Source of the DNA: a virus | Lineage: Duplodnaviria; Caudoviricetes | Reading direction: 5' to 3' (one strand) | Virus record (IMG/VR): IMGVR_UViG_3300020056_000120 | Location: 1-28,478 of that record | DNA: 28,478 nucleotides | In this document: positions 24,901 to 28,478 of the stretch, in pieces | Position numbering within the stretch: position 1 is the stretch's first letter | How the letters are laid out: the number at the start of each line of letters is the position of its first letter | Translations under genes and position numbers: made by a program | Notes under the pieces: generated by a model | Databases searched by the model: none | What the model was told of the DNA's origin: nothing | The model's input: only the letters and a program-made list of their open reading frames with translations

Positions 24901-27900
24901 ATATTCCATCTTACACTTCATCAACAACAGGTGTTAGATATGAATTAAGAGATAGTTTAGATTTTAGACCAAGAGTTGATGATGCGTCAACAATAGATTC
25001 AGGTGTACAAGACAGATCATTTGATGGTTCAGGTGCTTCAGTAGTACAACCAATTAAATTTAATTCAGACGTAAGATCAGATTTTGAATACTATTTAGGA
25101 AGAGTTGATAAAATATTTTTAGACAAAGATGGTAACTTTAAAGTTTTAAAAGGTGCAAGTTCAATAGAGCCAAGAGTGCCTGGAGAATTAGATAATGCAA
25201 TGCATCTTTATACATTATTTTTACCTGCATATACTTTAGATACGTCTGAAGTTGGTATTGAACATGTAGATAACAAACGATATACAATGAGAGATATTGG
25301 AAGAATAGAAAGTAGAATTGAAACCGTTGAATACTATACTCAATTATCTTTATTAGAAACAGCTGCACAAAATTTACAGATACAAGACGCTGATGGTTTT
25401 GACAGATTTAAAAATGGATTTGTTGTTGATAATTTTACAGGTCACAATATAGGTGATGTTGGTAATAGAGATTATAAAGTTTCAATTGATTATGCAAACG
25501 GTGAGATGAGACCTACATTCCATGAAGATGCTATAAAACTTATTGAAAGAGATGATGATGGTACAGAAATTACTGATAGTGCTAGAACATCAGCTAATTA
25601 TCAAAAAACAGGCGATCTTATAACATTACCTTACACAGAAAAAACTTTAATAGATCAACCTTATGCAAGTAAAGCAGTTAATGTAAATCCTTTTGGAATA
25701 TTTACATGGATAGGTTCAATAGAATTAACACCTCCAGGTGATGAATGGAAAGAAACAGAAAGAGCGCCAGAATTAGTTATTAATAATCCTAATGGTAGTT
25801 GGGATAACTTAACAAAACAAACTGGTAATAGTGGACAATTATCTGAGTTTCCTATGTCAACAGTTTGGAATTCATGGCAAGATACATGGACAGGAAGACC
25901 TGTTGAAACAGAAAGAAGACGTGTTGGTGATACGTATAAGAAAAAAGGTGGTCATGGATGGAGAGTCATGGCAAGAGAAGAAGTAACTACTGTTCAACAA
26001 GTATCACAAACAAGAACAGGAATTAGAGCAGTTGCTGTACCAGAAACAGTAAGAACATCAATCGGTGATAGAGTTGTTTCAGTTGCCTTTGTTCCTTTTA
26101 TAAGAAGTAGAACAATTACATTTAATGCAACAAGATTAAAACCAAATACAAGAGTCTACCCATTCTTTGATAACATAGATATTACTTCATATGTAACACC
26201 TGATGGTGGCTCATTGGGAGGTAATTTAGTTGCGGATGCAAACGGTTCCGTAACAGGTACATTTGCAATACCTGATCCAAAAGTGGATGCAAATCCTAGA
26301 TGGAGAACGGGTCAAAGATTATTCAGATTAACAAGTTCATCAACAAACAGTCAAACTAATGCTAACGTAGAAACAGCTGCAAATGCTGAATACATTGCAA
26401 GAGGATTAATAGAAACTGTGAGAGAAACTATTTTATCAAGTAGAGAAGCTCGTGTTGAGATGAGAAGTGTAACAGAAAATCAATCTATTGCAAGAACATC
26501 TACTAGAACCGCAGAAAGACAAATTGCATACCACGATCCATTAGCACAAACATTCTTAATTGATGATGAAGGTGGTGTGTTCTTAACTTCAATAGATTTA
26601 TTTTTTCAAACAAAAGACAGTAATGTTCCAGTTACAGTACAAATACGAAATGTAGTAAATGGTTATCCTGGACAAAAGATATTACCATTTTCTGAAGTTA
26701 CTTTAAATCCTGGTTCAGTAAATACAAGTACAGATGGTACTACTGCAACTAAATTTACATTTTCTAGTCCAGTTTATATACAAAATAATGTAGAGTATTG
26801 TTTTGTTGTAATGGCTAATTCACAAGATTATAATGCTTACGTAGCAAGAATAGGTGAAACATCATTAGACTCAAATAGAACAATATCTGGTCAACCATAC
26901 GCTGGTGTTATGTTTAAATCTCAAAACGGTATGACTTGGTCTGCCGAACAAAATGAAGATATGAAGTTTAAACTAAGAAGAGCAGAGTTTGAACAAATTA
27001 CAGGTACAGTTACGTTAACAAACGATACTTTATCAACAAGAACACTTAAAAATAATCCTTTAAGAACAACAAATGGCTCGTCAGTTATTAGAGTATTTCA
27101 TCCAAATCACGGTATGCACGGAACTAATAACAATGTTATTATTTCAGGTGTTCCAAGTGGTAACTATAATGGCATAGCACACTCCGACATTAATGGAGTA
27201 TATACAAGTATATCAAATATAACTTTAGATAGTTACGACATTACAACTGCTGGTACAGCAAGTGCAACAGGAGATATTGGTGGTACAGCTGTTACTGCAA
27301 CTCAAAATAGATTGTTTGATGTACTTAACTTAGGTGGTATTCAAACAGTAAATGTACCAGGTACAACTATAGATTATTACGTTAGAACATCTACGGGTAA
27401 ATCAATACATGGATCAGAAACACAATTTACATTAACAACAAATACAAATAAAGTTGCTGTTATTAATAACGATAACATTGCCTTTACAGCACCTCAAATG
27501 GTTGCAAGTGAAGTAAATGAATCAGGTGACACACCTACTGGAACAGCTGCAAACGGTGTCGGTAAATCATTCTATACAATATTAGAAATGTCAACAACAA
27601 ATACTAATCTTTCTCCAGTATTAGATACTCAAAGAATGAGTGCCTTCACAATTTCAAACAGATTAAATAGTGCTACATCAAGTAACACACCAGATTTTGT
27701 TGATGATATTACAAACACAGGAACATCATCAGCTGCTGTATATTGCACTAAACCAGTTATTTTAGAAAATAACTCTAAGGCATTAGATATAAGATTAACT
27801 GCAAATATCAGATCAACATCTGAAGTAGAAATGTATTATAGAGTTTCAGGACCAGATGAAGAAAGACAACTTGATGATATAAGTTGGACACCATTTAACA

Positions 27901-28085
27901 CAGACGGCAGTCCCGACACATCTATTACTCCTGCTGAAGATGATACTACATTTAAAGAATACAAATATTCGGCAAGTGACATACATGACTTTACATCATA
28001 TCAACTAAAAATTGTTATGAAAGGAACTAATTCATCATATCCACCAGTATTAAGAGATATGAGAGGAATTGCATTGGCTGTCTAA
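21996..28085 (+). CDS. Large virion structural protein (DUF4815 / VrlC-like)
   Basis: N-terminal N.SPYYDDF...K.F.R.LFRP..AVQARELTQ.Q, then APGAHR.KI.L, RYTM.DIG..E.R...EYYT.LSLLE, RFKNGF.VDNF, DPLAQTF and a C-terminal D.R.IALA. Confidence 0.85.
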   Translation: MPSPTDFNVSPYYDDFTESKKFHRILFRPAFAVQARELTQSQTQLQNQVEKVSDHLFEKGAMVIPGEIGYDLNYYAVKLTSKSNSTIADYIGTTLTGGTSSVTAKVINAVATDGTDPDTLFVKYFNTNSTDNTTIAFSDGETISASSGDTAVVDTTATGSAAQIQQGVYYINGFHVQVSAQTLILDKYTNTPSYRVGLTVTESFVTSGDDTTLNDNAQGVSNTNAPGAHRFKIELTLAKKALSGTDDSNFYELLRLSNGTLQNQVRSTEYAVLEDTLARRTFDESGDYVVKPFDIDVREHLASGNNRGIYTAANGGDATKLAVGFSPGKAYVKGYEIDTIATTFVDVDKARDFDTQNNFSTRFDVGNYINVTNVYGSPDIASASGVEAFKGLTLHNEATSSRGSANSGSDSSITTIGRAKSRGFEYAAGTASANIFSSSSLTSAIYRHYLFDIVLFKHLNIITAQSFTDGEIVTGGTSGATGVVQEYSSTESATITGISQADPAVVTANNSFKEGQQVSIASVGGMTEVNGNVYTVRNPSGTTFELYDTDGTTAIDSSAFTAYTSGGTASHGIVVISNVQGEFTTGETITGGTSSNTAVIQSDAVGLKGVTSFDLPSVKQVAMAGSPTFTADTSLDATYGDNFVLTGSIDVGSGSASVTGINTRFNEELKVGDSISFTNDSGNTETKLVEAIISNSSLTLSSATAAASTKTIVTRRRAKSQSPEKNVAIFKLPYENIKTLRTTANGNASDTSYTFRKHEIKTLTGDGVGTFNAGVGETFADLSEKDFTVSIVGLGSGGSGAVGDVLSLTGNNHEGTAIFSLNLAKTQLTIDFGANYASHDVKALLTINKSVGTSKDKTLNSNETLAVSTQATIESGTIGLAKADVYKINNIYMAADFSTAATSSDTDITSRFDLDNGQRDNFYDIGRIKLKSGEVTPTGQLLIDFDYFSHSSGDYFDVDSYSGVIDYENIPSYTSSTTGVRYELRDSLDFRPRVDDASTIDSGVQDRSFDGSGASVVQPIKFNSDVRSDFEYYLGRVDKIFLDKDGNFKVLKGASSIEPRVPGELDNAMHLYTLFLPAYTLDTSEVGIEHVDNKRYTMRDIGRIESRIETVEYYTQLSLLETAAQNLQIQDADGFDRFKNGFVVDNFTGHNIGDVGNRDYKVSIDYANGEMRPTFHEDAIKLIERDDDGTEITDSARTSANYQKTGDLITLPYTEKTLIDQPYASKAVNVNPFGIFTWIGSIELTPPGDEWKETERAPELVINNPNGSWDNLTKQTGNSGQLSEFPMSTVWNSWQDTWTGRPVETERRRVGDTYKKKGGHGWRVMAREEVTTVQQVSQTRTGIRAVAVPETVRTSIGDRVVSVAFVPFIRSRTITFNATRLKPNTRVYPFFDNIDITSYVTPDGGSLGGNLVADANGSVTGTFAIPDPKVDANPRWRTGQRLFRLTSSSTNSQTNANVETAANAEYIARGLIETVRETILSSREARVEMRSVTENQSIARTSTRTAERQIAYHDPLAQTFLIDDEGGVFLTSIDLFFQTKDSNVPVTVQIRNVVNGYPGQKILPFSEVTLNPGSVNTSTDGTTATKFTFSSPVYIQNNVEYCFVVMANSQDYNAYVARIGETSLDSNRTISGQPYAGVMFKSQNGMTWSAEQNEDMKFKLRRAEFEQITGTVTLTNDTLSTRTLKNNPLRTTNGSSVIRVFHPNHGMHGTNNNVIISGVPSGNYNGIAHSDINGVYTSISNITLDSYDITTAGTASATGDIGGTAVTATQNRLFDVLNLGGIQTVNVPGTTIDYYVRTSTGKSIHGSETQFTLTTNTNKVAVINNDNIAFTAPQMVASEVNESGDTPTGTAANGVGKSFYTILEMSTTNTNLSPVLDTQRMSAFTISNRLNSATSSNTPDFVDDITNTGTSSAAVYCTKPVILENNSKALDIRLTANIRSTSEVEMYYRVSGPDEERQLDDISWTPFNTDGSPDTSITPAEDDTTFKEYKYSASDIHDFTSYQLKIVMKGTNSSYPPVLRDMRGIALAV

Positions 28086-28086
28086 T

Positions 28087-28308
28087 ATGAGTAAATTACA
28101 AGTTGAAGGTTTTGCAAGTTTAGTAAGAGATACAAACTCTAACGCAATTGTAAATGTAAATAAGTCTGAATATCAACTTTATATGAATAGACGTAAAGCA
28201 AGAGAAAAACAAAGTGATGTATTAAGAGATACAGTAAAAGAAATAAATACTTTAAAGAGTGAATTATTTGAAATTAAAAAATTATTAAAAGAGGTAATTA
28301 AAAAATAA
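28087..28308 (+). CDS. Conserved small protein with C-terminal coiled coil
   Basis: KLQVEG...LVRD..SNAIVN.....Y..Y followed by heptads. The ATG at 28087, just after the upstream stop, is preferred over 28069. Confidence 0.75.
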   Translation: MSKLQVEGFASLVRDTNSNAIVNVNKSEYQLYMNRRKAREKQSDVLRDTVKEINTLKSELFEIKKLLKEVIKK

Positions 28309-28478
28309 TGGCCGCAAGAACAATAGCAGCAACAGATACACTTGAAACGTTTAGAACGGAGTTTAATGCTCTATCTGAAAACGATTTTGGTGATATTGGT
28401 GCATTAAATCCAAGCATTTCTGCAACATCAGTAATTGGTGCTGTAAATGAATTGTATTCATCAATTGCGGGAAGTTTA
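28308..28478 (+). CDS. Fibre-like structural protein, N-terminal fragment (runs off the window)
   Basis: MAARTIAATDTLETFRTEFNAL...SVIGAVNEL; SD GAGGT and TAATG coupling. Confidence 0.65.
   Translation, partial: MAARTIAATDTLETFRTEFNALSENDFGDIGALNPSISATSVIGAVNELYSSIAGSL

Noticed and set aside
28069-28086. ORF-track start at 28069
   Set aside because: It overlaps the DUF4815 C-terminus; the ATG at 28087 fits the operon packing and the family N-terminus better.

Overview
This is an AT-rich fragment of a marine T4-like myovirus genome. The host is plausibly an alphaproteobacterium such as SAR11; that is an inference from composition, gene content and an alpha-type LexA-box match. The window holds the baseplate/tail module: gp54-gp26-gp51-membrane protein-tape measure-gp48-gp53-gp27-like-gp5, then PAAR(gp5.4)-gp25-gp6-gp7-fibre-gp8-DUF4815 protein. 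An approximately 4 kb accessory island lies between gp5 and PAAR. It contains a lipoprotein, IscA/HesB, a half-size Na/Pi cotransporter and an opposite-strand early operon. The most notable signals are: (1) a start-less gp51 ORF reachable from gp26 by a -1 slip on T-TTT-TTT, resembling the G/GT tail-chaperone frameshift ahead of a tape measure gene; (2) roughly 13-fold local enrichment of GGCC across gp5 and its flanks; (3) a GC-rich 16-bp inverted repeat bracketing gp5, with a nearby AT-rich block, suggesting a cis-acting locus such as an origin; (4) a GAAC-N7-GAAC box between divergent early and late promoters; (5) apparently leaderless transcripts and hairpin-modulated ribosome-binding sites. 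All family assignments come from motif recognition and synteny, not database searches, and all counts are manual.
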